From: Rotaria socialis
Lineage: Eukaryota
Reading direction: 5' to 3'
DNA length: 64,000 bases
Assembly (NCBI GenBank): GCA_905331295.1
Contig: CAJNYD010000117.1
Location: forward strand, 1 to 64,000
Numbering within the stretch: the stretch's first letter is position 1; every line of letters starts with the position of its first letter. A model generated the notes under the pieces. That model did no database searches. It saw only the letters and a list, made by a program, of their open reading frames with translations, and had not been told where the DNA came from. Shown here one piece after another: positions 41,875-55,800 of the stretch. Both the position numbers and the translations under genes were made by a program.

Positions 41875-44800
41875 ATGCCGTTGTCATCGGAAAAATTTGC
41901 TGACCAATATTCTCGTATTCAACAACAATTTAAAGAACTGGCACAATTTGAACAACTATATACAGTCGTTGAATTAACACGTACTTTTCAAGTATCATAC
42001 CGTCATTTTATTTTACAATTATTTCAAGCTACTATTCAATGTGAAAATAATGATATGTTTAATCATACAGTCGACGATGCTAATGCACCAGGTACATATT
42101 TGATTCATTTCTCCATTAAATAATGTGTTTTTTCTCATTAGATATCGTTGCATGTCTCTTATCAAATTCATTAGATAAAATTTTATTTACGATTCAACTT
42201 TATTTACCATTAATATCGACCAAAACAATCAACGAACAGTTACTTGACGCGTATCGTAAAGTTTTAATTTATCTTGATTCAAATATACTTAACTTAAGTA
42301 AATTCTCCTACAAAGAAGAACAAATAATAAATCTTTCTCAACAAATTTTATTCTTTATTCAAACAAATCCATATTTAAAAAAGTTGCTATCCCATTTACC
42401 GCAATTAATTAAATTGCTACAAACACATAAATTCCAATCCGACGAACAACAACAATATCATCAACCATTACAACGATATTCATCAAAACGATCAGATGTA
42501 CCACTGCTAATGAATTATTCTTCAGAAGGTCTACCACAAAATGCGGTATGTCAACAGTTGACTCGTTGTGAAACAAATGATAGTGGAGTTGATTTAACTG
42601 AACCGTCGATAGCAAATTCAAAAAGCAACTTGTTATTATCACCAAACTCACAACATTCATTTGTTGACCGTTCTCATCGAATGAACTTATCAGCGTCAGC
42701 ATCAGTCAATCCACATTCGTTTGTTGCTAAAACCGCATCGTCACCAATACCCGAACATGTTACAGTAAATTTTTCTGATCGTACACTATTGAAATGTGTA
42801 TTGAGTGCTCCGCCATCAACAGCTCATTCCGATTATAGAAATAGAAATGGAGGTTATTCACAAAAACATGTACCTGCACTATCAAAAAGTGATGAAGAAG
42901 AGCCAGAATTACAAAAATCCAACGATGAATATAAGTCAGAGGAAGCTCATCGTGTAGATCATTCAAAAAGTTTAACACAATTTTATTCACTTCGATATCC
43001 AAATACGAAAAATAATCAAAATAGAGATAATGTTTCACAATATTTAGCTATTGACGCCAATTCCAGCTGTACACAAAATACATTTATTCAGCCGAATACA
43101 GGCATGAGAGGTAAATTTAACATAACAATAATAATAATATTTTCTAAGGACAACGAATATATCACTTGAGTTTATTTCACATTCAACGAAATACTTCCAG
43201 GCAAGGAGTATTTACGTACTAGACCTTCGGTTTTTCTTTTAACTGGAGAAAAACAAATCTCGGAAGCAGAAACAAGATTTAATCAGTTAAACGCAAGCAA
43301 AATCATGCTTTTTCATTAGCAAAGTCCTTCAAGATAAATTTTTTTGCGACTTTCATAGCCCATATTACGTTGTGATATTACTCATTATATTTCTATGAAT
43401 AATTAATTTCCTTCGTTTGTTTTTCTGTTTTGAAGATGTGCCCAGATGGTTGAGACACCTGCGTCTACACAAATACGATGTTTTCTTTTCGAAAATGGTC
43501 TACGATCAAATGATGAGTTTAACAATTGATGACTTGAAAGAACTTCACATAACCGATGGTGCCTGTACAAAAATGTTATTGCATATTAAAAAATTAAAAG
43601 AACGTTCAGCATTATTAAAACAATGGATTTTAGATTTGGACGACGGACAAACTGATTTAATGCCATTCATTGAAAAAATAAGCGAATTACTGATAACACC
43701 AATCCGTTCAAAACAACTTGAACTTGAAAATAATTCTGCCGAAGATTTACCTTCATTAATTATGCAAGTTTTAGAGAAAAGTAAAGTTTAATATATATAT
43801 ATATATATATTCTTCGTTTTTTAAAATTACATATTGCTTTTGCTCTCTATTTAGTCTATCAAAAATTAACACCTAATTCCTCGTCCGATATCGGCAATAG
43901 CCTCCTTGGTCTATTCGATCGCTGTTATAAACACAAAGCTTTTACTGATGATCAACGTCATGTTCTCTTACAGTGGCGTGGGAGTTTATCCAGTATGCTT
44001 CAATCGTTAGGAAGAATTGAATATAAAACAATTCAACATGCGCTTAGTCATGCGTCAGAACCCCGTCGTACAGGAAAAGCTCGTCTCAAAAATTTTCGAA
44101 GTTCAACAGGCATATTTAATTCAAACCATTCATCGAATTCAATTCCATTATCAAAATTTACATCTGAACCACGAAATAATAATTTCAATGAATCAAATTT
44201 AATTCAACGTCCAAATCGATCTCCAGCACAAATCTATCCAACACATGAAGAACAAAATCAAGCCTATCTTCAAACGTCATTTAGTTGTCTAACATCAACA
44301 CCACAAAACAATGATGGTGCTTATTATGTTAATAATCATCGTCAAGCTTTAACTCGTAAAGCTAGTATCAATCCATATGACGAATCAAATACAAATAATA
44401 GAACAAAGCTATGTAAAACATTCAGCGATCCAAGTAGAATACGTTTCTACAATCCAACACACGTGAATCACATGCTGTTACAGGCATCGACATGTCAGCC
44501 TGCCCAACAACAAAATTTATTTCGTATGATATCAACACCTTATTCTCAACAACAAATTCAGTTTATCTCACGTTCACCACCTACAACAGGAACTATGGAT
44601 GTACCACCGTCACCAATTAAAAAATGTTTTACAGAAAACGGAAGGTCTGATTACTATGGTAAGTTAAATAGCGCTTTGTTTACTTCTTTTTTCCCCCGTG
44701 TCATTGAAATTGAATTCACTCGCTCGGAAGTAGAAAAAGCCTGCCGGCTAGATGAATGCTTTCATTTTCGAACAGAACCAATTGCTTTTTCTCTCTGATG

Positions 44801-45522
44801 AATAAGACGCTCTTTCAAGCACCTCTGTGAATAGTACATTTCTACTCGCACGTTACTGGAGGTTATCTATTTATTTACCCTATATTTGCCTATAGGTAAT
44901 TAATGCCAAAGAATTTTTTCTTGAAGCCATTCGCGCGCAGAAAAGTTACACTCGGATGAAATAGAGAAAGGAAGGCGTGACATTGTAAAAAGTCAGGGTT
45001 TTTTTTATATCTTGTCAGATAAGCGTTAATCATCAAATCAAGTGAAAAAATGTTTTTGATTCGCAATTCAACGACGCTAATTTTTGGTGATTGACCTAGA
45101 AAAATAAGATGAGCTCAAAATCGAATGGCGGGAGTACCCGTCATGTTTGCTGGAACAATACGATTAAATTAGAAAAATAAATCCGTTGTTTCTCTCACGA
45201 TTAAATTTGAAAAGAATTTTTTTTTTCAGAGAATCATAACAATAGTACACCATTGTCAAATACAAGTAATGCAACTGATATTGAAAATACTGATGATCAA
45301 CGACAGAATAATACCGAAATCGAGTCATTATGTCGTCAAATAACCGAAAGTGCTATGTGTGATGATAGTAAGAAATTTTCAATTCGACTTGTTTTTTTCA
45401 ATAATTAAATTTTGCTTCTTTTTTTAGTTCATGATTCATCAACTGATTACAAGGAGGAAATCTCGAACGTTAAACAATCTTCAAATAACTCGACTGATAC
45501 AGAACAGTCATCGATTGGCTGA
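41875..45522 (+). CDS. SAMD4: Smaug/SAMD4 RNA-binding translational repressor
   Basis: SSR1-like N-terminus (FKELAQFEQLYTVVEL), SAM domain GMR|DVPRWLRHLRLHKY...ITDGACTKMLLHIKKLKER, PHAT-like LLITPIR, conserved C-terminal IESLCRQITESAM; stop TGA 45520-45522. Confidence 0.9.
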
Positions 45523-45593
45523 ACAAAACAAGCTGCTTTTGTTTTTTTTGATGTACACATTTTTTCTTACTTCTATCTTTCTTTTGTTTCTCA

Positions 45594-45610
45594 GAGTGTC
45601 TGGCACATTC
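45594..45610 (+). promoter_or_regulatory. Smaug recognition element (SRE)-type hairpin in the Smaug 3' UTR
   Basis: GAGUGU-CUGGC-ACAUUC: 6-bp stem (one G.U) with a CUGGC loop. Confidence 0.7.
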
Positions 45611-45654
45611 AAAGTAAGATTCTTTTCTTTTTTTTTTCTTTCATGAATTAGCTT

Positions 45655-45677
45655 TTGTTGTTGTTGTTGTTGTTGTT
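45655..45677. repeat. (TTG)n microsatellite in the Smaug 3' UTR
   Basis: ttgttgttgttgttgttgttg seen directly. Confidence 0.85.
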
Positions 45678-45688
45678 ATTGATTGTCG

Positions 45689-45704
45689 TCTGTCCGGTGG
45701 CAGA
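45689..45704 (+). promoter_or_regulatory. Second SRE-like hairpin (CNGGNN loop) in the Smaug 3' UTR
   Basis: UCUGU-CCGGUG-GCAGA: 5-bp stem with a CNGG-containing loop. Confidence 0.5.
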
Positions 45705-47070
45705 AAAATAATAATATTATATAGAAGACAAACGACAACATCGAATGTCTAGCCGGTGAGCTTTCCTTCATTTTTCTTTCCCATCTTAGCTGCTGCGCTG
45801 CTTTGTTTTTTTTGTATGCTTTGAAATATAAATGTACAGTAAAACAATGATCTATTCTCACTCTTTTTTCTTTCTATTAGCACATTTCAGCTGTGCCACT
45901 TTGCTGCGGAAGCAAACATTTATTTAACAGAATTAACTCATATTTGTATACGTGGGAAATGTTCTTGTTTTTCTTTTGTTGTTGCTTCTTTTCAATGTAT
46001 ATTCATGTTCATCTATTTTTGTGTTCTGTCATTCCTGAATTCAAAATTTTAAAAAAAGATAAACAACAGTATGATCAAGAAAGTTTAAATATAAATATTG
46101 TTTTATAATAAAAATTGGTCACGGTATGTTGCTAAATGATCAGAACAAATTCGAAAGATATTTATGTTAAAAACATCATCTAAACAAACATTCAAGAGCA
46201 TATTTATAACTATAGAAACATGAAGATATTATATCCGACATAGACGTCGCTAGTATTCGTGAGGCACTTTTCTGATGTAAATTTACAATCAACTAAAAAC
46301 GACAAATATTTTAATGTCATGAATTAGTGATTTTGCGTTGAAAGTACTGACTAAAAGAAAACAATTATTATCAAAACTCCTGACAATCTAGTTGACCTTT
46401 AAACATCCAAAGGCAATTTGCATATGAAGAGAGCTGACTCATCGAAATAATTACAACACAAATTGTTTTATTTTAACTTGACAACTGAAACAGAATTCTC
46501 CATTTAAAAGCAATACATAAATGTTCTAAAATTACCAACAATCATATAGGATTTCATTGATTTTTCTGAAGTTACGAACACACTTTGTATTTTTCAATAA
46601 ATAGCGATATAAACTCGAATGATTATTGTTGACATCGTTGTTAAGACACGCTTTCCGCTATCAAACTCATAGAACACAATGTTCACGGGAAAAAAATATC
46701 TCATTACAATTCCTACTTAAAACTACACTGGACATATTCATTCCGTATACTTGTTAAGAGTTGATTTTATATTTTAATGGTTAATCAAGAGAATTTCCTT
46801 GGTTTTGACATAATCTGAATCTGTCATAAATAATAGGATACGAACGATAACAAACGGGAATAGTTAATAATTGATTATTTTCTTTAAATCCGATACGTTT
46901 TATCTAGAATTTATAATTCTGTTTTCATGATGAAACTTTTATATGCAGACAATACTTCATTTTTCTAGAATATTGACATATAGAAAATATTTGTTAATCA
47001 ACAGAACATTTTGTTTTTTTACTTAAAATAAATACAAAAAAAAGAAAGCAGGTAAACTAAGAACAAATTC

Positions 47071-47765
47071 TTAAGATGACGCTCGATCAAATGATTGCAG
47101 AGACCCATGACGAGATCCTGATTGCTTCGACGACGGAGTTTTTGATACAACAACAATTTCTTTTTCAGAAAGTACTTGTACAAAAAATGCTCCTTCTCTT
47201 TTACGAAATTTTCTATTAGCTGCATCGTACGATAATCTTATACCTAGAGTTAAACTTAATAAACAAATTATGCATTCAATTGACGATACAGTTAATGCAA
47301 TAAGCACAAGTACATCTTTTCGATCTTTTAAATAAGCTTGTCCATCAGTCATTATATTAACAACTCCCAGGCGTAAAAGTTGAATATTAACGCAATCGAC
47401 AATAAGTGTAACAATACTTAATGCGACATAGCAAAGTATCTAAATTGGAATTAAATTTTATTAAAAAAAAACAAAAATGGCCGATGTTCTATTTACCAAA
47501 TAAAGACCTTTTTGACGTGCACATGCTATTCCAGTTCCGCCACAAAAAGCAAACTTAAAAGAAAGAATAAATCGTTGCTCTGTTTTTAGCAGGAAATTTA
47601 CAAATTAATTAAACATACGAAAATTCCACTCCATATGGGTGATATGCTATGTGCCATCCAGACAACTGATCGACTTTGTGAAATAATGCCAACAATAATA
47701 CTTGTTAAGGCGAGTAGGAGATGTAATGATGATATAACATAGGTTAGCGTAATGAAAATGTACAT
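47071..47765 (-). CDS. TMEM196-like (CD20/MS4A-clan) four-TM protein; 3 exons
   Basis: MYIFITLTYVISSLHLLLALTSIIVGII...SPIWSGIF|FAFCGGTGIACARQKGLYL|ILCYVALS...NIQLLR...IALTVSSIECIICLLS; SPxWSG-x-F-x-CG-x-G-I-x-CA matches TMEM196. Confidence 0.75.
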
Positions 47766-49575
47766 GGGATAAACAACATAAATATCATCTCTATCGGTTC
47801 AACATTTACCGACACGACAAAAAGAATGAACGAATAATAGGAAAAGGCGACTATGCGGAGAATAAGGACAAGCGCACGTCACATCTCATAAAAGATTAGA
47901 AACGTTCGCGTCTAGTTTCTTTTTTCTTTTGTCGATCATGACGAACAAGTTTTCTTCAACGTCCGGGACAAGAAGGAAGAATGAAAGCAAAAAGAGGCAT
48001 GAAATATTTTTCTCGTTTGTTTTTTTTCCACACATCGTACGAGCGTGTGCAGACAGGCGTGCAAGTCATATTGAACAAGGCAAGCGTTAATAGAATCTGT
48101 TCATAGTCGCAAACTAGAGAACGTGCAGCTTCATCCAATAATAACAAACCAGAACGTCCCAATCAAGGATACTAACAATAACAAACTTCTTTTTTTTATA
48201 TAACTAAATTGTCGACGTTTGCTTGGCATTGGTGACAAGTTCAATTGGCAGCTACTTGGACTGATTCGTCATACATTTAAGAAAAAAAGAAAAAAAGGAG
48301 AATTTTCCAGTAAAAGCAACACTTAACAAATATGAAATTAGCATCACAGTTTGCATTCTTTATTGTAGTAAATATATAGATTCATAAAAATAATTCAATT
48401 CTGTGATTTATCATGCAATCGATGCGAACAACGATAATTGTCTGTTTTGAAGACAACAACGATACGTGATCAAGAAATTAGTGTGAGAAAATATTACAAA
48501 TGCTAGAATCTAATCGATGCATTTTAAGATTGAGCTGCATGCTTGACTGAATGTTTCGTTAACGTTTAGCGTTTCTTAATTTATATTCGACCAATACAAA
48601 ATCAAGTATTTTTTTTCTAATATTCATCGAAAATGTAGTCTGAAGAAAAAAAATCTTTTGTTTTTATCAATACTGAATTCATCGATTACGAATCGTTCTA
48701 GCAAACGACGTGGCTGAAAATAGACATTAGTGCAAAGCTCAAGGACAAGATGTAATCGGATTAGTGTTTATTTTTTACATCGAAGCAAGCTTTTCGAGAT
48801 TAATCTTTTAGCATTACTGATCGTTGAAGATCTTCAGAGTGATGAAAATAATTTACTCTATTGAATCTCATGTGAAGTATTTTTCTCGGCACCTATCCAA
48901 ACAAGTGATGTGTATTCTCGAAAGTTCTCTTCAAAACAATAGCGAATCACAGCTTCGGAGCGTGGGATTAAGATGCAACTTATGGAACGTGATCATGAAT
49001 CCAAGTGACAAATTCTTTGAAAAAACAATTTTGCGCAATGCCGCAACAATTCAACATATTGACACCTCGTGAATGGAAGCATCAGTTTTTTGATGAAATT
49101 CGAAATTCGGCGATGTAGATTTCGATTTAATTAAAAAAAGCCGAATACTTCAAAAGAGAGAGAGATGGCGCTGCTAAAAAAAATGTATCATTCGGGTCCG
49201 ATATCACTTCGAAACTGAGATTCAGTTTTAACAAGAATGCTGGAGCCGCTATTGCTTCGAAAATATGAAGTATTCGCTGATCAATAAAAACGATATGTAT
49301 GCTTTTTTCGATTTCACACATTTGTATACGTTGATTAGACTCGGAAAAAAATTTCGTAAAACTAATAATTCAGGAGTTATGCAACTGCCTGTTGGCGATC
49401 TGTAAATTATGTTTGAACAAATCTCAATGCAACTCAATTGTACTGATTTCTTATATTTCTTTACAATCGGACAACAACAATTTTGCGTTTTTGAACTTAT
49501 AATTTGAACTAATGTAGAACAACAAATACACATATGAAAACAAAACAACAATTGAAAGTCGAATTCTATTGTTTG

Positions 49576-51522
49576 TTAATCAGTTGATCGCGATGCAAGA
49601 AGTCGATTTCGAGACGAAATATATTTTTTATGGCGTTTTGATGAATCTGCCCGTTTACTTAAAGGTCTTATTAAACCGGATTGAGCATCGGGTCGATCAG
49701 ATTCTAAATAACCTTCGGACAGAATCAAATTATGAGTCGTTGTTTCAAAACTCGATTCTCTAATGTTATTCATATTTAATGCATTGCATTCTTCATCTAT
49801 TGACCTAGAGCAACCATTTGAATTCTTCTCATGTTGATAATGACCATCATCTTCGTCATCATAATTGTCCGATGCTATTAATGCAGATTGTTTTCTTAAT
49901 ATAGAACGATCATTTACTAAACGAACAATAGGCATTGATAATGATTGTTGTGTTTGCGATTTATTGATGTGTTCGATTAATTCATTTTTAAGGGTCTTTC
50001 CATTAGTGATCCGTTTTGATACAGTAAGATTGTTGCGTTTTATTCTCTTACGTCTTGCATAAAAGCAAGCGATAAGAGCAAGTAATATAAAAATAAAGCC
50101 AAGAATGAGAATACCACCAACTAATACCCAATATTTGATAACATGAATCGTATCTGAAAAACAAAAACCATTAAAATAAGTCATCGTTTACTAATTATTT
50201 TACTATTTTGCTTTTTTATTATATCGCCATAATTGATTTCACAGCGTTCACCAGTAAATTGATTGTCACATCTATTGAACAGAAAAATCTTTACTATAGC
50301 CAATCAATATGATTTTCTTTCAAGAGATTAAAAACGCTTAATTACTAACAAACATTTCCATTGATGATCATCAGCAATGCATTGACCTCGATGATGACAA
50401 TATTTTAAAGTGGCACAAGTCACATTTATATTCGACCGATTTATTGTATTAGTCTGATCGATGTCTATATAGACGCTAGTCATCGTATAGTTTATTGCAT
50501 TTTCTGCATCTAATAAATAAAAAGTTTCTATGAATAATAAACTGACAAAAGACTCTCTTACGACAAACATAAATGCCGCTATCGGCACTTGTTAATGCTT
50601 GAAAATATAAAATCGATACATATCTAAATATCAATTGTTTATCAGTAGAAAGAAAAGACAAGCGAATAAAATGCTTTTATTTTACTCATTTTGAATCGAA
50701 TAGATTCGACACAGCGTTTTACAATCTTTCATTGATGGATAATAATCTGATCTTTGATTATTTCTACTCCATAATAAGTGCGGAAGTGGATTACCACGCG
50801 CATTGCATTGCAGAGAATAGCTATTTAATTCAATCGGTTTATCAATTTGAGTTTTAATAATAACTTGCGGTGAATAAGTGTCTAAATAGAAAAGAAATAA
50901 ATTTTCAATTGTATTCTTTTGAATACATAATAAATTTAGCTATCAATTGATTTTCTCACAACGGAAATATTAGAACAATTCTTTCTTTGTTAAAGGTTTC
51001 CGATTGAATTCATAAAGATTTCTCTCGGTGAAAAAAAAGAGTTATCGCAGAACAAGTGCAACATTGAACTTTTTGTTTACCATAATTCATAACAGCATCA
51101 ATATTTTGTCGAACATACAATGTTGATTCCATTGGTGGATATCGTAAATCGAATTCATTTGTATTTGTTTCATTATGAAAAAGTATAATATCGATTGTCG
51201 TTATTCGAAGTAAATACCAACATGAATCATCGAGTAATTCTTCGAGATCACTATCGGTGCGTACAAGAATAATATCATTCATTTTAATTTTATGATAACT
51301 AATATTTGAAAGTTTGATTACTTCACGCACTAGAACTTCAGTTACAGCAATCGCTTTTTCGCTTGTTTCCGATGAATATATCGGTTGTACACGTAAAATT
51401 AATGAATGACTGTAGGTAGCTGATTGTATATCAATAGCATTCAATAGATCACATTGGCTAATAGTATTTGTTTGGTGGATATTATTAATTAGAATAATTA
51501 ATATGAAAGTAACACTCGACAT
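49576..51522 (-). CDS. Neuregulin/Vein-like EGFR ligand (signal, N-terminal domain, Ig, EGF, TM, cytoplasmic tail)
   Basis: Ig: LQCNARGNPLPHLLW...DSGIYVC; EGF: CATLKYCHHRGQC...WKCL|CDNQFTGERC; TM: WVLVGGILILGFIFILLALIACFY followed by RRKR. Confidence 0.8.
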
Positions 51523-52845
51523 GCAATAAGGAACCACATGGAGATCATTTACAAGAAAAAAATATAAATGCTTGTATAAACAAGACAATTGTGAAAAGCT
51601 CAGATTTTTCCTCTGGTAATTTCTTTTGAAGAGAAACAGAAGAAGAAAAAAAACCAAAAAGGGGAGATGAAAAAAAAAGAAGAAGAGAAAGAAATCGTAA
51701 ATAATAAAGTGTGGGATAATATACAGGGAAGACGTGCTCATATAACGTTGTTATCATCATAATCATTTCAAGCAATTACTTTTCTATCGTTGATAGTCTA
51801 CTGTTTTACTTTTATGAAGTACTAGACGTATGATTAAGATGAGAAAAGATCTTGGTTCTAATGATGAAACGTGATTATCCTTGAAGACAATTAATAATGT
51901 CAATCATCTTGTTGGAATTTAAGAAAAATTTAACATGCGCATATTTTATAAACGAACGAATTCAGTCCGAGATATTATTCTACACAGAATGACCGAGACT
52001 GTATCATACTTCTACGTACAATACATTGGATTATTTTTGCCATTTAATAGTGAATGCCATTGAACTTCAAGTCTTAACTATCTCAATAGATAAGTTTGCC
52101 AATGAATCTTTCTCATTAGGAAACATACTAATGGCTATTTTTTCTATCTTTGTTTTACCTTGAAAAGATACAAGCCGTATCTATTGTAAATTTTGCAAGC
52201 GGGGTATCATAATTATTCACGAATGCTATATGAAATAGTGTTTTCGTTAATAGTGCTTCAGAAATTCATATAAATATGTAATCCGGATAAAAATAATTAG
52301 AAGAGTAACGCGTCACAGTACGAATGAAACAGTGCAACTAGTAAAAAAACTGAAATAATTTTTTTGTCGATTCATCGTACGGTCAAATGTCAAGAATATG
52401 ATTGAGGCTAAACCAGGATCCATTGTATTTATCGATTAGTACGTCTTTCGGAAAGCAAAGCAGGAGTTCAATCGAGAGCAAAACCAATCACAAAAATTAA
52501 TTTAAGAGATTCGTATTGAATGACATCAAAATCGCGAACAGTACCTTTTATTGGCTTATGAATCTAGCTGCAATCGTTGCTGTTCAAACATCGAACAAAA
52601 AAGAACTGCTCGTTTTGCGCATTTCTAGCCGTATTCTCAAATAAACTCTCTGTGGTTCACATTTCAATCTCATGGGAATTACACAATGCGCTATTCTTGT
52701 ATTTTCACACAAAATATCTTATAATCAAAAAAAATTTATTATTAAAAAAAAACACAATGCAAGCACCCAAACATGGCTATTAAATATTTAAAAAAGAACA
52801 TCGATTCGATATAGAAAATTATACAGCATGAATGGAAAATATCAG

Positions 52846-55800
52846 TTAAAAATCGTCCGCCGGTGTAGTGCCATACGCTGAGCTATAGACTTGACCTTAA
52901 GAAAGAAATATTACAATCATAAAATATGATTAACAATGCGAACTTACTTCGAGTTGTTTTATGTGATGGTCTCTCAACAGTAGTACGTGCGACTACTTTC
53001 GATGTCGATTCAGTTGGCATTCGGTCCGATAAATCTCGATTACTGATTGGTTCTTTACTAGATCTCGGTGATTTTAATGGTTGAGTCGGTAGTGTTGAAA
53101 GCGGTGTATTGATCAAGGAAGAAATGGCTGAACGAGAACGATGAGCGGATTCATTGGAAGCTTTCGATAATAATTCTCGTTCGTTTGCTGATGGAATTTT
53201 TATACTAGTGTTGCTATGAGGTGACGAGGGTGACCGATGATATTTATCACTGAAAGATTCTTCCTCTCGTTTCGGTGCGCTTACATGTTTTTTATCAGTT
53301 CGTTGTGAATCATCAAATTGTGTTTTTGATATATCACGTAATTGCCGATCTAATGATCCTAAACCTCTAGGCGATCTCTCTAATGGACCTAGATCAAATT
53401 GCGATGAAAGTTTCGAATCGCGCTCAATGGGCTTATCCGGACGATGGTCAGACGATGTTTTTGATAGAGATGAACTCGGTCGTTTTTGTAAATCGCTTTT
53501 CATCTCGGTTGATGATTTCTTTGTCGTTGTTGATAATTGAACTGATTTTGGTGTAAGGATTACTTCAGGTTTACTGTTGTCTTTATCTTTCTTTAGCCAC
53601 GATTTAGCTTCAAACTCATAAACATCATCATCCTTTTCATTGATTGGAGTTTTTATTTTAGGATTTGCTGCTGCACGATCGACTAAGAGTGCATTGCGTG
53701 TTGATTGGTCTAAATCTAATTGATTCAGTTCTTCGATGGAGGTAATGTGCCATTTTTTATCATCGTAACTATGCGACGATATCCAATAGGCAGTATGTTC
53801 AAAATGGCCACTTTCCATTTGAGGCGGTGAAGCGCTGGTTCGACGTGATTTTTCGATTGTTTGTTGCATGTTTCTCATTCGTTTTGTATTGATTGAAAAT
53901 GGGTCATCTTGTGAACCTAAGCTTTGCTCGTCCCATGTCACTTTTTTATTTAAATTTCCTTTATCATTTACAATTGGACTACGTAAAATACCACGGCTAC
54001 TTGCTAAATCATCATAGTCTCTTGATTTCGCACTTCGTCGATCACTTGAACGTGATGCGTTTTCTTTTGTTGACGACAATCGTAAAGCATAATCTTTTTT
54101 TACTTGTTCAAATGTTTTCCGATATAAAGCGTGACTTATGGTTTCAAGACGTTGAACGAATATGTCTGCTATTGAACGGCAGGTTGAGTATTTTTTACGA
54201 ACTACTATCGAGTCAAGTAGCCAAGCCGCGCCGACGCCACTATTATCATGCCAGACTTTTATTCGATCGATTTTTCCAACATCGATATCCATGATCTAGA
54301 CGAAAGAGAGCATAATCAGGAGCTACGGATTACCTTCAAAACGAATTCTAATGATGAAGAAAAAGTGGCGAGTCGAATTTCGCACTCGAGCCGGCTGACA
54401 TTTTTTGAATTTATCTGTAAAGAGGACAGCTTGAATTTTGATACCGAATAAATAGGCTGTTTTTATGACAGGAGTGTGTCGGGATTCTCGAATACAACAA
54501 AATTCTTACGAATCTCAATCATAACATCAGTAAATATATTATCCGACTTACAGTGAATTCTGATGTTCTATTGGCTTCAAAATCATTTTTTAACTTATTA
54601 TCAAGAAGATGAACGCACGTTCGTCCGCTTTTACCATAGATAATTATAAATACATTTGCATCTGTACCAGCTCCGAAATCTTTACCAGTTTTGACTACTA
54701 TATGATAACATATAGGTCCTATAGATATCATAAACAAAACGAATTAGTATTTCTTTCCGTAGAAACGAAAATCTCGTTACCATTGATATGATGATCAGTA
54801 GATGGATATGTTTCTCTTTTTGCTTTTAATTTACTCTTTGATTTTCCCAGCCAAGTATTGAATGGAAAATAAACCATTGAATGGTTATTATCTGCATTAG
54901 GTACGATCTTCCACATTGCCATTTCTTGAAGATCCCAATCAGCTGCTAATTGACTTTTATCCGATTCGACACTAGAGATATAGTAAAATAAAAACGAAAT
55001 CATCATGTATTAAAAGACTATGATGAAATTACGTTATTTCAGCTAAATCCCCAATATCCCATCCGACAATCGCAAATGTATCTACTTGATTTTGTTCGAA
55101 TAGATTTGCTCGAGCACTTGTTAATGCTAATTTTTGCGTTTGACTTGTTGATCCACGAATAGTAACTTGAATATTTGAATCAGTACCAGCAAAAGGCTTT
55201 CCACCAGTACGAACTTGTAATATATAAACTAGAAAGAAAAAAAATCATAAATAAATCATTTAAAAAAAATATAAATATTACCGGAGAGACTATCGATTGG
55301 AATATCTGGTTGTCTTGTAGGTGACTTTCGTTTTGGTTGAACAGTTGATTTTATGGGGCCATTTTCTTCGTCAGGTTTTTTCGGTAGCCAACAGTTAAAT
55401 TCACATAGCCAACTAACAGATGTGTCTAGATTCGTTATTTCAATTTCTTTTAGAAACCATTCTTTATCTGAACGAGCACCAACAAGCTTGAGCAGAAAAG
55501 AAAATAGCACAAATCAACGATAGAAAATAACTCATAACTGAACCTACATTAACATTTAAATAATGTAATTGACCAATATCAGGCCCTCGAAGACAAAACG
55601 TTCGTACTGATCCAGTTGGGAAACCATCAGGGCTTCCTTTAGCACGCGCATGCAAATTAACCGACGTCCAATTTCTTTCAGTTCCGTACATATATAAAAA
55701 TATCTTTAAAAAAAGAAACCATGAATAGAAGAGATTCGTAAATTTCGCTTTTTCGTACTTGAGCTCTTGTACCACTATTTTTTCTAGTGCCAGTTCGGAC

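Noticed and set aside
45900..45916. Perfect 6-bp hairpin TTTGCT-GCGGA-AGCAAA in the Smaug 3' UTR
   Set aside because: The loop starts with G, not C, so it does not meet the CNGG SRE consensus; kept only as a note.
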